A DNA stretch of 51,111 nt. It comes from an uncultured Hyphomicrobiales bacterium. Its GTDB lineage: Bacteria > Pseudomonadota > Alphaproteobacteria > Rhizobiales > JAJFHR01. Of the stretch, positions 1 through 9,633 are shown in pieces. Positions within the stretch are counted from its first letter, which is position 1; each line of letters begins with the position of its first letter. Position numbers and translations under genes: made by a program. The notes under the pieces are model-generated. The model did not search any database. It was not told the DNA's origin and saw only the letters and a program-made list of their open reading frames with translations. The DNA is taken from positions 7,378 to 58,488 of the forward strand of contig CAZVAZ010000002.1 in assembly GCA_964625235.1 (NCBI GenBank), given 5' to 3'.

Positions 1-2
1 GA

Positions 3-365
3 TTGCTGATCATGTTTGCAGTGCTCAATCGTTTTGATTCCTCCTGGGAAGAAGCAGGACGCGATGCCGGTGCAAACGCATGGCAAATATTAAAGTGGGT
101 CACCATTCCGATCCTGTTTCCCGGTTTGATTGCGGTGTCGCTGTTTGGCTTCACCCTTTCTTATGATGAAATGCCCCGGTCGCTGCTCACTGTGGGTGCC
201 CAGAATACCTTGCCGATTGAAATTTCGAACATGACATCAAATGTCACCACGCCAGCGCTATATGCGATTGGGACAGTCACATCATTGCTGAGTTTCACGG
301 CTATCGGGTTTGCTTTTTTCCTGATCTTTACCATTCAAAAAAACCGGGCCGGGAAAAAGCGGTAA
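3..365 (+). CDS. ABC transporter permease, C-terminal fragment (5-prime end lies outside the window)
   Basis: The ORF is open at the window edge. It has hydrophobic TM segments (PILFPGLIAVSLFGF, LLSFTAIGFAFFLIF) and sits directly upstream of an importer-type ABC ATPase. It resembles PotC/PotI-type permeases. Confidence 0.7.
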   Translation: MLIMFAVLNRFDSSWEEAGRDAGANAWQILKWVTIPILFPGLIAVSLFGFTLSYDEMPRSLLTVGAQNTLPIEISNMTSNVTTPALYAIGTVTSLLSFTAIGFAFFLIFTIQKNRAGKKR

Positions 366-410
366 TTTCCCTGCGGACACAAGAAAAACAGAACATCAAA
401 CGAGAAACAA

Positions 411-1526
411 ATGTCTACAATCAGCGAAATTCACTTGAAGAACGTAAGCAAAAACTTTGGTTCGGTTGCCGCCGTTGATCAGGTCGACCTGATTATTGAT
501 GGTGGATCATATTGCTGCATGATCGGTCCAAGCGGGTGTGGAAAAACAACGCTTCTTAGAATGATTGCGGGTCACGAAACGCCTACTTCCGGCTCAGTCC
601 TGATCGGTGGAAAAGACATGAGCGCCGTTCGCACAGGTGAACGCGGTACCGCCTTGATGTTTCAGAACTATGCCCTGTTTCCGCATTTGAACCTTGTTGA
701 CAACGTGGCATTCAGTTTGAAGGTAAAAAAAATTAATGCCACAGAACGCCGTGAGCGCGGGCGTGAAATGCTGGACCGTGTTCAGCTTCTGCATCTGGCA
801 GATCGCCCCCCTTCTGAATTGTCAGGCGGTCAGCAACAGCGCGTTGCACTGGCCCGCGCGCTGATAACCAAGCCTCAGGTTCTGTTGCTGGACGAACCAC
901 TATCAGCGCTGGATGAGTTCCTGCGACTGCAAATGCGTGTAGAATTGAAGCGCCTTCAAAAAGAACTCGGCATTACTTTCGTGCACGTGACCCACACCCA
1001 GCCCGAAGCGATTGCGCTTGCAGACAAAGTCGTTGTGATGGATCACGGGGTGATTGAACAAGCGGCTTCACCCAGAGAGATTTACGACCGACCGCACAGT
1101 CCTTATATTGCCCGTTTCATGGGTGGGCAGAACATCATTTCCGGTACAGTAACGTCTGTGAGCAAGAAAGGGGCAAAGCTGGAAGATGCGGAAGGAAACA
1201 TTTTTAGTGTCACCGATGCCTCGGATGCACGCAAAGGCGACACCTTGAACATTGCAATTCGTCGCGATAAAATTTCAGTGTCCAATGATGCCAGAAAAGA
1301 TGAAAACTCGCTGGTAGGAGAAATCACCAATATTGAATATCAGGGCACATTTGTGAAAATGTCAATTATCTATGCACCTCAGGGAGAGTTCGTGATCTAC
1401 CTGGACGATGAAAAATATTTTGCCGAGACCAGACATGTCGGAGAAACAGTTTGCGCCCATTGGGATAGTGAGCTGAATTATAGGATGACTGGAACAAAAA
1501 AATCGAGCGAAAACCCGCTTGAATAA
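411..1526 (+). CDS. ABC importer ATP-binding protein (PotA/CysA/MalK-like, with a C-terminal regulatory/TOBE-like extension)
   Basis: Walker A GPSGCGKTT, signature [15 protein letters not shown], Walker B VLLLDEPLSALD and H-loop VTHTQ are present. The protein is 371 aa with a roughly 120-aa C-terminal beta-rich tail. Confidence 0.9.
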   Translation: MSTISEIHLKNVSKNFGSVAAVDQVDLIIDGGSYCCMIGPSGCGKTTLLRMIAGHETPTSGSVLIGGKDMSAVRTGERGTALMFQNYALFPHLNLVDNVAFSLKVKKINATERRERGREMLDRVQLLHLADRPPSELSGGQQQRVALARALITKPQVLLLDEPLSALDEFLRLQMRVELKRLQKELGITFVHVTHTQPEAIALADKVVVMDHGVIEQAASPREIYDRPHSPYIARFMGGQNIISGTVTSVSKKGAKLEDAEGNIFSVTDASDARKGDTLNIAIRRDKISVSNDARKDENSLVGEITNIEYQGTFVKMSIIYAPQGEFVIYLDDEKYFAETRHVGETVCAHWDSELNYRMTGTKKSSENPLE

Positions 1527-1529
1527 TAA

Positions 1530-2170
1530 TCCAGACAGACACGACTTCGCACAGCGGCCCCATGCATCACATCAGGTTCAAAACTCCCCATTAACCGCAG
1601 AACCTGAATGAACTCACGGCTGCCTTTTTTGCCCATGCGTATCTGCAAAAGCCGGTGTAAATGGGCAAAGACCTCAGGCGGGCGATGATCAATATTCGCC
1701 GCTGCACAGCCATACTCAAAGGCAAGCGTCCAAACAGGTTCAAGTTATCCTGAAAATGAACCATCAAATCTCTATGCCTGGGAAAAATGCGATAATTACA
1801 GTGCCGGATTATCCAATACCTCCAAGTCATGGTCGTTGAGACGGCGTTGTCACGTTGTTGAATCGCCACCGAGAAAACTTGATTTGTTGTCTGGCTCATT
1901 CAGCAACAGTCGCGGCCTGCCAGGTGAGGGTTTTCCGCGCGGTTGTTCTTTCTGCTACCAAAACCAGCGACCGAGGCACAACCTGGATAGTTCGACGGGT
2001 TCCCAATTCACTTTTTTACCCCAACCGGGCATTATTTGCTGTTATACTGGTAGCCGGGTATTCTCGGTCTATATTCGATTGTCGAGAAGTCTTTGCCGCA
2101 CGAATTTGCTTGGTTTACAGATGTCAGACAGGCGCCAATTCTTCCACAATGACAATAAGGTTCAGGCATT
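1530..2170 (-). pseudogene. Decayed IS21-family istA (transposase) remnant, C-terminal half only, with multiple frameshifts
   Basis: This 680-bp gap has no intact ORF. Minus-strand frames carry pieces that recall IstA: YRPRIPG (cf. YRPxTKGKVE), WIIRHCNYRIFPRHRDLMVHFQDNLNLFGRLPL (cf. W..vaN.R.H....P...F..E...L..LP) and GKKGSREFIQVLRLM (cf. GdREfv.iL.L). The pieces lie in different frames and are interrupted by stops. Confidence 0.35.
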
Positions 2171-2203
2171 TTCAATTCTTGCCTGATTTTTTCAAAACTG
2201 GAA

Positions 2204-3151
2204 ATGGTGATGGAACTAAAATGGCTTGAGGACTTCCTGGTGCTGAGTGCAGCAGGCAACTTTCGCATAGCGGCGCAGCAACGCAGTGTCTCGCAACCTG
2301 CTTTCAGCCGCCGCATTCAAGCACTTGAAGCCTGGATTGGAGCCCGGCTGGTCGACAGGAGCAGCCAGCCTTCGCAACTGACAGAGGCGGGCAAGCTGTT
2401 TTTGCCAGTGGCGCAGGAGATTGTTGATCTTGCCAAAGTTGGAAAAGAAGACATTCAAACCCAGGTTCTGGATGACAAAGAGAAAATGCGGTTTTCAACA
2501 CTCGGTACACTTTCCCAGATTTTTATGCCTGGCTGGCTAAAAAGCCTTCAGCCGTTTATTGATGCCAACCAGTATATTGTCAAAACCGAATATGGCACAA
2601 TTTTGGGCTATTTTTCGGCACTGGAAGAAAATTCTGTTGATTTTTTTATAAGCTATCTCGACCCTAAGACCGGGTTGCAAGGTGATGCTGAAATTTTTAC
2701 GTCACTGAAGCTTGGCGAAGAATCGCTTGTTCCCGTGGCCAGTCCAAATGAAGATGGCACCCCGCGCTGGTGGCTGCCAGACAAGCCGCAGGGGCCGATC
2801 CCCTGTCTTCACACCCTTTTCGATAATTCTCCGTGGCCCATTAAAAATCATATGGAAGACAGATACAGCGACCTGACATTCAAATCTGTTTATGAATCAT
2901 CAATTGGCACGACGCTACAGGCAATGGCGGTCGAAGGGTTTGGTCTGGCCTGGATGCCTCACACACTTGTTGCTGATGACCTGGCAAGCGGACGACTTGT
3001 TCGGGCGGCGGAACCAGCGGATGATATTCACGTCGATATCGAGATTTTTCGCTGTTTAAAATACAACGAAGCCCGGGTGGATAAATTCTGGAAAGTCTTA
3101 CAGCAACAGCAGATGCGCCCGTCTGCAGCCCGTAAGATAAAGGCAGATTAG
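2204..3151 (+). CDS. LysR-family transcriptional regulator
   Basis: The N-terminal HTH MELKWLEDFLVLSAAGNFRIAAQQRSVSQPAFSRRIQALE is classic LysR. The protein is about 313 aa with a C-terminal effector domain. The start could be 2204 or the ATG at 2210. Confidence 0.9.
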   Translation: MVMELKWLEDFLVLSAAGNFRIAAQQRSVSQPAFSRRIQALEAWIGARLVDRSSQPSQLTEAGKLFLPVAQEIVDLAKVGKEDIQTQVLDDKEKMRFSTLGTLSQIFMPGWLKSLQPFIDANQYIVKTEYGTILGYFSALEENSVDFFISYLDPKTGLQGDAEIFTSLKLGEESLVPVASPNEDGTPRWWLPDKPQGPIPCLHTLFDNSPWPIKNHMEDRYSDLTFKSVYESSIGTTLQAMAVEGFGLAWMPHTLVADDLASGRLVRAAEPADDIHVDIEIFRCLKYNEARVDKFWKVLQQQQMRPSAARKIKAD

Positions 3152-3199
3152 CAAACCAATTGTTTCGCTCCAACGCTTTTGAGGCGATAACCATTCTGG

Positions 3200-3246
3200 A
3201 TTAGCAGTCCAAGTCATGCAATTATTGCATGACTTGGACTGCTAAT
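3200..3246. repeat. 47-bp perfect palindrome (23-bp arms, 1-nt centre)
   Basis: ATTAGCAGTCCAAGTCATGCAAT-T-ATTGCATGACTTGGACTGCTAAT, read directly from the sequence. It lies 48 nt after the lysR stop and has no flanking T-run. A partial extra copy, TTGGACTG, follows at 3250-3257. Confidence 0.9.
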
Positions 3247-3405
3247 GGCATTGGACTGGTTTCATTCTCATACCGTAGTGTATGTTTGGTTAAAGGGAGA
3301 ATGGATAGAGGGAACGGGACGCAACTGAATTTTAATCGCGATATTCTTCATTCTTTTCAGTTCCCCGATTAAAACCAGAAAAATCATCAAAGGGAGAGTT
3401 ATCAA

Positions 3406-4449
3406 ATGAAATTCAATGCACTACTTACAACCGTTGTCGCCGTGGCCGCAATGGCGTTCACCGGGGCTACTACCGCCTCGGCGCAGAAGAGTACACTGGA
3501 AATTGTTAAAGAACGCGGCCATGTGCGTTGTCAGGTTGGACCTGCTTCGCCGGGCTATTATTTCCTTAACTCAAAGGGGGAATGGCAAGGTATGGATGTT
3601 GCGGTCTGCCACGCTGTTGCCGCTGCCATTTTTGGCGATACTACCAAACTGGAAATACAGTCGGTCAGCAGCCAGGCTCGATTTACGTCACTTGCCAATG
3701 GTGATTCTGATCTGTTGTCCCGCACGGCCACGTGGACCATGTCGCGAGATACTCAGCTTGGCATCGATTTCCTGACCCCTACATTTTATGATGGGCAGGG
3801 ATTTACGGTACCTAAAAACAGTGGCATCAAAACGGGTCTTGATTTGAAGGGCGCAAAGGTATGTGTGCTTACCGGCACAACCACAGAATCAAATCTTACT
3901 GATTTCAGCCGTACCAATAATCTTAATATCAGTGCTGTGACATTTGAAGATTTCAATGTGCGCGATGAAACCTACCTGCAGGGTGGCTGTGATGCGGTGA
4001 CCGGTGACAAGTCATCCATGGCTGGCAACATATTGGCGTTTCCTGTTCCAGGCGACCATCTGATATTGCCTGATACACTGTCAAAGGAGCCTTTGGCACC
4101 AGCAGTGCGCCATGGTGATAACCAATGGGGTGACATTGTCAGGTGGGCTCAGTTCACAATGGTAAATGCAGAAGAACTCGGCATAACAAGCGCCAATGTT
4201 GACGATTTGCGGGCCAATTCCAAAAACCCGTCAATACGCCGTATATTGGGCGTTGAGGGCAACCTGCATAAAGGTTTGGGGCTTACTAAAGACTGGGCCT
4301 ACAACATCATCAAGCAGGTCGGAAACTACGGCGAGAACTACGAAAAATACATGGGCAGTGGTAAACTTGGCATCGGCATTCCTCGCGAAGGATCAGCCAA
4401 CGCTCTTTGGACCAACGGCGGCCTGATGTATTCCCCACCAATGCGCTAA
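3406..4449 (+). CDS. aapJ: General L-amino-acid ABC transporter substrate-binding protein
   Basis: It has a signal peptide (MKFNALLTTVVAVAAMAFTGATTASA) and is 347 aa. It is the first gene of a J-Q-M-P arrangement with the sizes typical of AapJQMP/BztABCD. The symbol is given by analogy only. Confidence 0.85.
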   Translation: MKFNALLTTVVAVAAMAFTGATTASAQKSTLEIVKERGHVRCQVGPASPGYYFLNSKGEWQGMDVAVCHAVAAAIFGDTTKLEIQSVSSQARFTSLANGDSDLLSRTATWTMSRDTQLGIDFLTPTFYDGQGFTVPKNSGIKTGLDLKGAKVCVLTGTTTESNLTDFSRTNNLNISAVTFEDFNVRDETYLQGGCDAVTGDKSSMAGNILAFPVPGDHLILPDTLSKEPLAPAVRHGDNQWGDIVRWAQFTMVNAEELGITSANVDDLRANSKNPSIRRILGVEGNLHKGLGLTKDWAYNIIKQVGNYGENYEKYMGSGKLGIGIPREGSANALWTNGGLMYSPPMR

Positions 4450-4454
4450 AAGCT

Positions 4455-4532
4455 ACACCAGCGACTTAATTTAATTCGCTGGTGTAACCAACAACTGGCG
4501 CCAGATCAATTCTCAACCTGGTCTGGCGCCAG
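4455..4532 (+). promoter_or_regulatory. Two intercistronic stem-loops between the binding-protein and permease genes
   Basis: The first is ACACCAGCGA-N11-TCGCTGGTGT at 4455-4485. The second is formed by two copies of the self-complementary CTGGCGCCAG at 4495-4504 and 4523-4532. Neither has a U-tract. This placement is typical of mRNA-stabilising or attenuating hairpins after SBP genes. Confidence 0.4.
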
Positions 4533-4569
4533 TATACGCTTGTAACACATTCTTTTCAGGGAAGTTACT

Positions 4570-5787
4570 ATGGCAATTGGTGACAGTGGAAGAGCGCCTC
4601 TACGCACTAAGCCCAAAGAAGAATTCGATTTTTTTCATGATGAGCGTGTTCGCTCTGTATTCTTTCAGATTCTGACGGCCCTGGCTGTCGGCTGGGTTGC
4701 GTGGTTTTTGATTTCCAACACGGCAGACAATCTTGAAAAGCGCGGATTAAGTTTTGGAATGGACTTCCTTGACGTTGCGGCTCCTTTTGATCCGGATTTC
4801 AAGCTTGTTTCTTTTACTGCTGGCGAGGACACCTATAGCCGCATCTTTTTGATTGGAATTCTCAACACGCTCTATGTGTCGTTTCTGGCAATCATCGGAA
4901 TGACTTTGCTGGGCTTTTTCCTTGGCATGATGAGACTTTCCAACAACTGGCTGATTTCAAATGTTGCATTGGCCTGGGTGGAAATTGCGCGCAACGTTCC
5001 CCTGCTGTTACAAATCATTTTCTGGTATTCGGTAATTTATGCGGTACTGCCGCGGATCAAGCAAAGCCTCGATCTTTCGTTTGGTGCAGAGTTGGTTTTG
5101 CTGAATATACGCGGGTTATATGTTCCCTGGCCGGTAGCGGGCGATTTGCTCTGGATAACATTTGCAGCACTTCTGGCGGCGATTGTCGTTGCCTATGTTT
5201 TCAGGCGACGGGCGCAGAAACGGCAGGATACAACCGGTCAGAAAACTCCGACTTTCCTTATTACTGCAGCGATTGTCATAATTTTCCCTGGTTTGGTATT
5301 TTTGCTGACAGGATCTCCCCTAACCTGGGATATCCCCAAAATTGAGGGTTTCAATTATACTGGCGGAGCATCGCTGCCTCGTTCATTTATTGCGTTGCTG
5401 GCAGCACTGATTTTCTATCATTCTGCTTATCTCGCGGAGGCTATACGGGCGGGCGTCCTTTCGGTCAACAAGGGGCAGTCTGAGGCCGCATTTGCAATTG
5501 GCCTGCGGCCCAACAAAGTATTGTCGCTGGTTGTCATTCCCCAGGCCATGCCGGCCATCGTACCACCGATGATCAGCCTGTGGATGAATGTCGTCAAAAA
5601 CTCGTCTCTGGCCACAGCAATTGGCTACGCAGATCTGGTTGCCGTCTTTATGCAGACATCATTGAATACCGCAGGGCATGCGGTTGAAATCGTTGGTATG
5701 ACCATGGCGTTTTACATGATCATCAGCCTGACGATTTCGGGTCTGCTCAACATCTACAATAAACGTGTCCAACTGGTGGAGCGCTGA
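4570..5787 (+). CDS. aapQ: Amino-acid ABC transporter permease (large AapQ/BztB type)
   Basis: A 405-aa polytopic membrane protein whose C-terminal part has the HisM/GlnP-type permease core (LAEAIRAGVLSVNKGQSEAAFAIGL). Confidence 0.85.
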   Translation: MAIGDSGRAPLRTKPKEEFDFFHDERVRSVFFQILTALAVGWVAWFLISNTADNLEKRGLSFGMDFLDVAAPFDPDFKLVSFTAGEDTYSRIFLIGILNTLYVSFLAIIGMTLLGFFLGMMRLSNNWLISNVALAWVEIARNVPLLLQIIFWYSVIYAVLPRIKQSLDLSFGAELVLLNIRGLYVPWPVAGDLLWITFAALLAAIVVAYVFRRRAQKRQDTTGQKTPTFLITAAIVIIFPGLVFLLTGSPLTWDIPKIEGFNYTGGASLPRSFIALLAALIFYHSAYLAEAIRAGVLSVNKGQSEAAFAIGLRPNKVLSLVVIPQAMPAIVPPMISLWMNVVKNSSLATAIGYADLVAVFMQTSLNTAGHAVEIVGMTMAFYMIISLTISGLLNIYNKRVQLVER

Positions 5788-5789
5788 TT

Positions 5790-7118
5790 ATGGCTTATGT
5801 TAAAACCAGAGAAACGCAGGCCAGAACGCCACCGCTCAATGAAAGTTCGCTGCTTGGCTGGTTGAAAGTCAACCTGTTTGACACGCTGTTCAGCAGCGTA
5901 CTGACCGTTCTTGTGCTGATCGCCATCTTTTTTACCGTCAAGTCTTTGTGGGTATGGGGAATTGCCGATGGTGTGTGGATAGCTGAAAGCCGTCGAGAGT
6001 GTTTCAAAATCAGCATTGGTGGTGCCTGCTGGGCAGGGATTTTTGCCTGGATGGATAGTATTTTCTATGGCCTCTATCCTCGTGACGAGATATGGCGGAT
6101 CAACCTTGGCAGCATAATTCTGGTAATCTGGATGGTTCCGCTTTGGCTTCCACGGGTCCAGGGTAAAATTCTCATAGGGTTTTCCACTGTAGCTTTATAT
6201 CCATTCCTCGCCGGCTATCTTTTTGCCGGTGGTGACAAGGGCATATTCATGCAGGTCATGATATCAGCTGCTATTGTCTGCCTTGTCGCAAATACTGCAA
6301 ATGCGATTATTGGATATTTCAGCAACAGCAATTTGATTGCATTGATTTTACGACGGATCGGTAAAACTGATGCCCCGGATATTCAACAGCGTAACGTAAT
6401 TCTTGCCATATTTGGTGCGGCTTTTGTCGCGGTGTTCCTGTGGCAGATGAGTTGGGAAGTGGAAAGTATTTCCTGGACCCGGTGGGGCGGGTTGTTTCTT
6501 ACTTTCGTGATTGCCGGTATTGGCATCGCTTCGGCGTTGCCAGGGGGAATTTTTCTGGCCCTTGGGCGGCGTTCGAAACTGCCCGTGGTGCGGGTGCTGT
6601 CCACCGCGTTTATCGAAATATTCCGCTCGGTTCCACTGATAACCGTGCTGTTTATGGCGACAACCATGTTCCCGTTGTTCGTGCCCGAAGGCTTTGTTCT
6701 CAACAAGCTGGTTCAGGTTATCATTGCGGTTTGTCTGTTCAATGCCTGCTATATGGCGGAAACCGTTCGCGCTGGCCTTCAGGCTATTCCAAAGGGGCAA
6801 TATGAGGGTGCACATACCATTGGCCTGGGGTATTGGGGCACTATGGGCCTGATCATTATGCCGCAGGCCCTTAAACATATGATTCCGAACATTGTCGGCA
6901 GTTTTATCGGATTGTTGAAAGATACAACGCTGGTTTCAATCATTGGTTTGTTCGATCTTTTGAACATCCTGCGGACAATCAGCCGTGATGGCCCCTGGCT
7001 GGGGCTTCACCAGGAAACACTGGTGTTCGGGGCAATGTTATTCTTCGTCCTCTGTTTTGCGATGTCGAAATACAGCCGGCATCTTGAAGCAAAACTGTCA
7101 ACTGAGCACAAGAATTAA
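5790..7118 (+). CDS. aapM: Amino-acid ABC transporter permease (AapM/BztC type)
   Basis: A 442-aa polytopic protein with a conserved EAA-type loop (MAETVRAGLQAIPKGQYEGAHTIGL). It starts 3 nt after the aapQ stop. Confidence 0.85.
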   Translation: MAYVKTRETQARTPPLNESSLLGWLKVNLFDTLFSSVLTVLVLIAIFFTVKSLWVWGIADGVWIAESRRECFKISIGGACWAGIFAWMDSIFYGLYPRDEIWRINLGSIILVIWMVPLWLPRVQGKILIGFSTVALYPFLAGYLFAGGDKGIFMQVMISAAIVCLVANTANAIIGYFSNSNLIALILRRIGKTDAPDIQQRNVILAIFGAAFVAVFLWQMSWEVESISWTRWGGLFLTFVIAGIGIASALPGGIFLALGRRSKLPVVRVLSTAFIEIFRSVPLITVLFMATTMFPLFVPEGFVLNKLVQVIIAVCLFNACYMAETVRAGLQAIPKGQYEGAHTIGLGYWGTMGLIIMPQALKHMIPNIVGSFIGLLKDTTLVSIIGLFDLLNILRTISRDGPWLGLHQETLVFGAMLFFVLCFAMSKYSRHLEAKLSTEHKN

Positions 7119-7142
7119 TCCGGCAAAGCCGGGGGAGAAAAC

Positions 7143-7937
<795 letters not shown>

Positions 7938-7977
7938 ACCGTTTCACTCAAGATTTGCCAACCAGTGGATCCGACAG

Positions 7978-8571
7978 ATGATTAAAGTTACCGAATGCGA
8001 AACCCCCGTTGACATTGTAACGATTGCCGAGACGGATCGCTTGTTCCTTAACCCGCTGGAAACCGATGACTGGCGCATCAGACGGGTTATCCGTGATAAA
8101 GTTATTGCCTGTGCCCAAAGGCTGCCCGACGGGCTGTGCCTGATGGTATTCGAGACCTTCCGTTCCCGGGCACGCCAGTGGGAATTATGGAACCCGGTTA
8201 TTGCCAACATTAGCAAAAACAACCCTGACTGGAGCGAGGCCCGGGTCTATAGCGAATCCTCACGCTGGGTGTCCCCACCCGATGGTTTTGGCAGCGGCCA
8301 TCAGGCCGGGGCGGCAGTTGATGTAAAACTGGCCCGCGCGGATCGCACCGAACTGGAATTCGGCGGTCTGATGAAGGGGTTGTCCGGGGTCGCACCAACC
8401 CATTGGCCTGTCTCGCCTGAAATACGCAAAAACCGCGATATGCTCGTCGCGGCGATGCATGGTGTGGGCATGGTAAATTACCCCGATGAATGGTGGCATT
8501 TCTCCTACGGCGACCGGTTGTGGGCTGAAGTGACCAACAGGGATGAGGCCTTTTTCGCACCGATTGATTAG
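7978..8571 (+). CDS. D-alanyl-D-alanine dipeptidase (VanX/DdpX family, M15D)
   Basis: The zinc-site motifs SGHQAGAAVDV (SxHxxGxAxD) and EWWHF are present. The ORF track opens at 7843 inside aapP, but the ATG at 7978 (MIKVTECE) gives a non-overlapping protein of about 197 aa. Confidence 0.8.
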   Translation: MIKVTECETPVDIVTIAETDRLFLNPLETDDWRIRRVIRDKVIACAQRLPDGLCLMVFETFRSRARQWELWNPVIANISKNNPDWSEARVYSESSRWVSPPDGFGSGHQAGAAVDVKLARADRTELEFGGLMKGLSGVAPTHWPVSPEIRKNRDMLVAAMHGVGMVNYPDEWWHFSYGDRLWAEVTNRDEAFFAPID

Positions 8572-8660
8572 CCCGGGACAAATGTTATGGAAAATAAACC
8601 CCCCACGGCGACACCCCCTGACCAACCTGATCATTAATAAACCAAACGGAATCTAGCATC

Positions 8661-9587
8661 GTGCCTACCAGTTTTTTCACCGCCGCTGGTAAATTCTATC
8701 GCGGCAACCTGCATACCCACTCCGCCCGCTCAGATGGTGCCCTGGACCCAGAAGAGGTCTGTCGCCGTTATCGGGCTGAAGGCTATGATTTTATCGTCCT
8801 GACAGATCATTTTGTCGGGCTGTTTGATTATCCGGTAACTGATACGACCGGCTGTCGCAGGCAGGGCTTCACCACCCTTCCGGGTGCAGAACTGCACACA
8901 GGAACAATGGAAAACGGTCATTTATGGCATCTTTTGGCAGTCGGGCTTCCGGCTGATTTCACCCCGCCGGATGCACCGAATTTTCGACCGATAATGGGGT
9001 CGGAATCCGCACCAGATATCGCCCGGCGGGCGCGTGATGCGGGCGCATTTGTAGCCATTGTCCACCCGCACTGGTCGGGTTTGACCGAGGCTGACGCCCG
9101 CAGCATTACCGCTGCCCATGCGGTGGAAATCTACAATCACGGGTGTGTTGTTAACAATGATCGCGGTGAGGGTTTCCTGACCCTTGAACACCTGTTGAAT
9201 GAGGGCCGGCGGCTGAACCTGATCGCTACCGATGACGCCCATTTCAAGTCCCCCGATTTTTTCGGCGGCTGGGTGATGGTCAAGGCTCAGGAAAATACGC
9301 TGGAGGCCTTGCTGGCGGCGCTGAAATCCGGCACGTACTATTCCAGCACCGGCCCGGAAATTCGCGATATCCGCATCACCGGAACAAGCATCGAGGTGGA
9401 TTGCACAGCGGTAGTCAGTATTCTCGTTCAGGGTCATGGTTCGCCGATGACGTACCTGCGCGGCGAAACAATGACAACAGGACGGCTTTCACTGGAAGTT
9501 CTCGCTGACTCGCCATGGATCCGCGTCACAATTATCGATCGCGCAGGCAAACGGGCGTGGTCAAATCCGATTTGGATTGGCGAGTAG
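8661..9587 (+). CDS. PHP-domain metal-dependent phosphoesterase (CehA/McbA-like)
   Basis: It has a GTG start and the N-terminal motif GNLHTHSARSDG, plus later His/Asp ligands (VHPHW, TDDAH). It is 308 aa. Confidence 0.75.
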   Translation: MPTSFFTAAGKFYRGNLHTHSARSDGALDPEEVCRRYRAEGYDFIVLTDHFVGLFDYPVTDTTGCRRQGFTTLPGAELHTGTMENGHLWHLLAVGLPADFTPPDAPNFRPIMGSESAPDIARRARDAGAFVAIVHPHWSGLTEADARSITAAHAVEIYNHGCVVNNDRGEGFLTLEHLLNEGRRLNLIATDDAHFKSPDFFGGWVMVKAQENTLEALLAALKSGTYYSSTGPEIRDIRITGTSIEVDCTAVVSILVQGHGSPMTYLRGETMTTGRLSLEVLADSPWIRVTIIDRAGKRAWSNPIWIGE

Positions 9588-9633
9588 CGGGATGGCGCAA
9601 GTAATTCATTGATACCAATAGAGGAGGCTTGTT

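Noticed and set aside
1591-1899. A 102-aa ORF as an intact gene divergent from lysR
   Set aside because: It has a Trp/Arg-rich odd composition. Its middle part matches an IstA block, and neighbouring blocks continue in other frames, so I interpret it as part of an IS21-like pseudogene.
6348-6878. Minus-strand ORFs of 176 aa and 107 aa, and a + strand 121-aa ORF, inside aapM
   Set aside because: They overlap a well-supported permease gene, and their low-complexity Arg/Pro/Gly composition fits a spurious reading.
8922-9437. A 171-aa minus-strand ORF inside the PHP gene
   Set aside because: It is antisense to a gene with clear PHP motifs and shows no features of its own.
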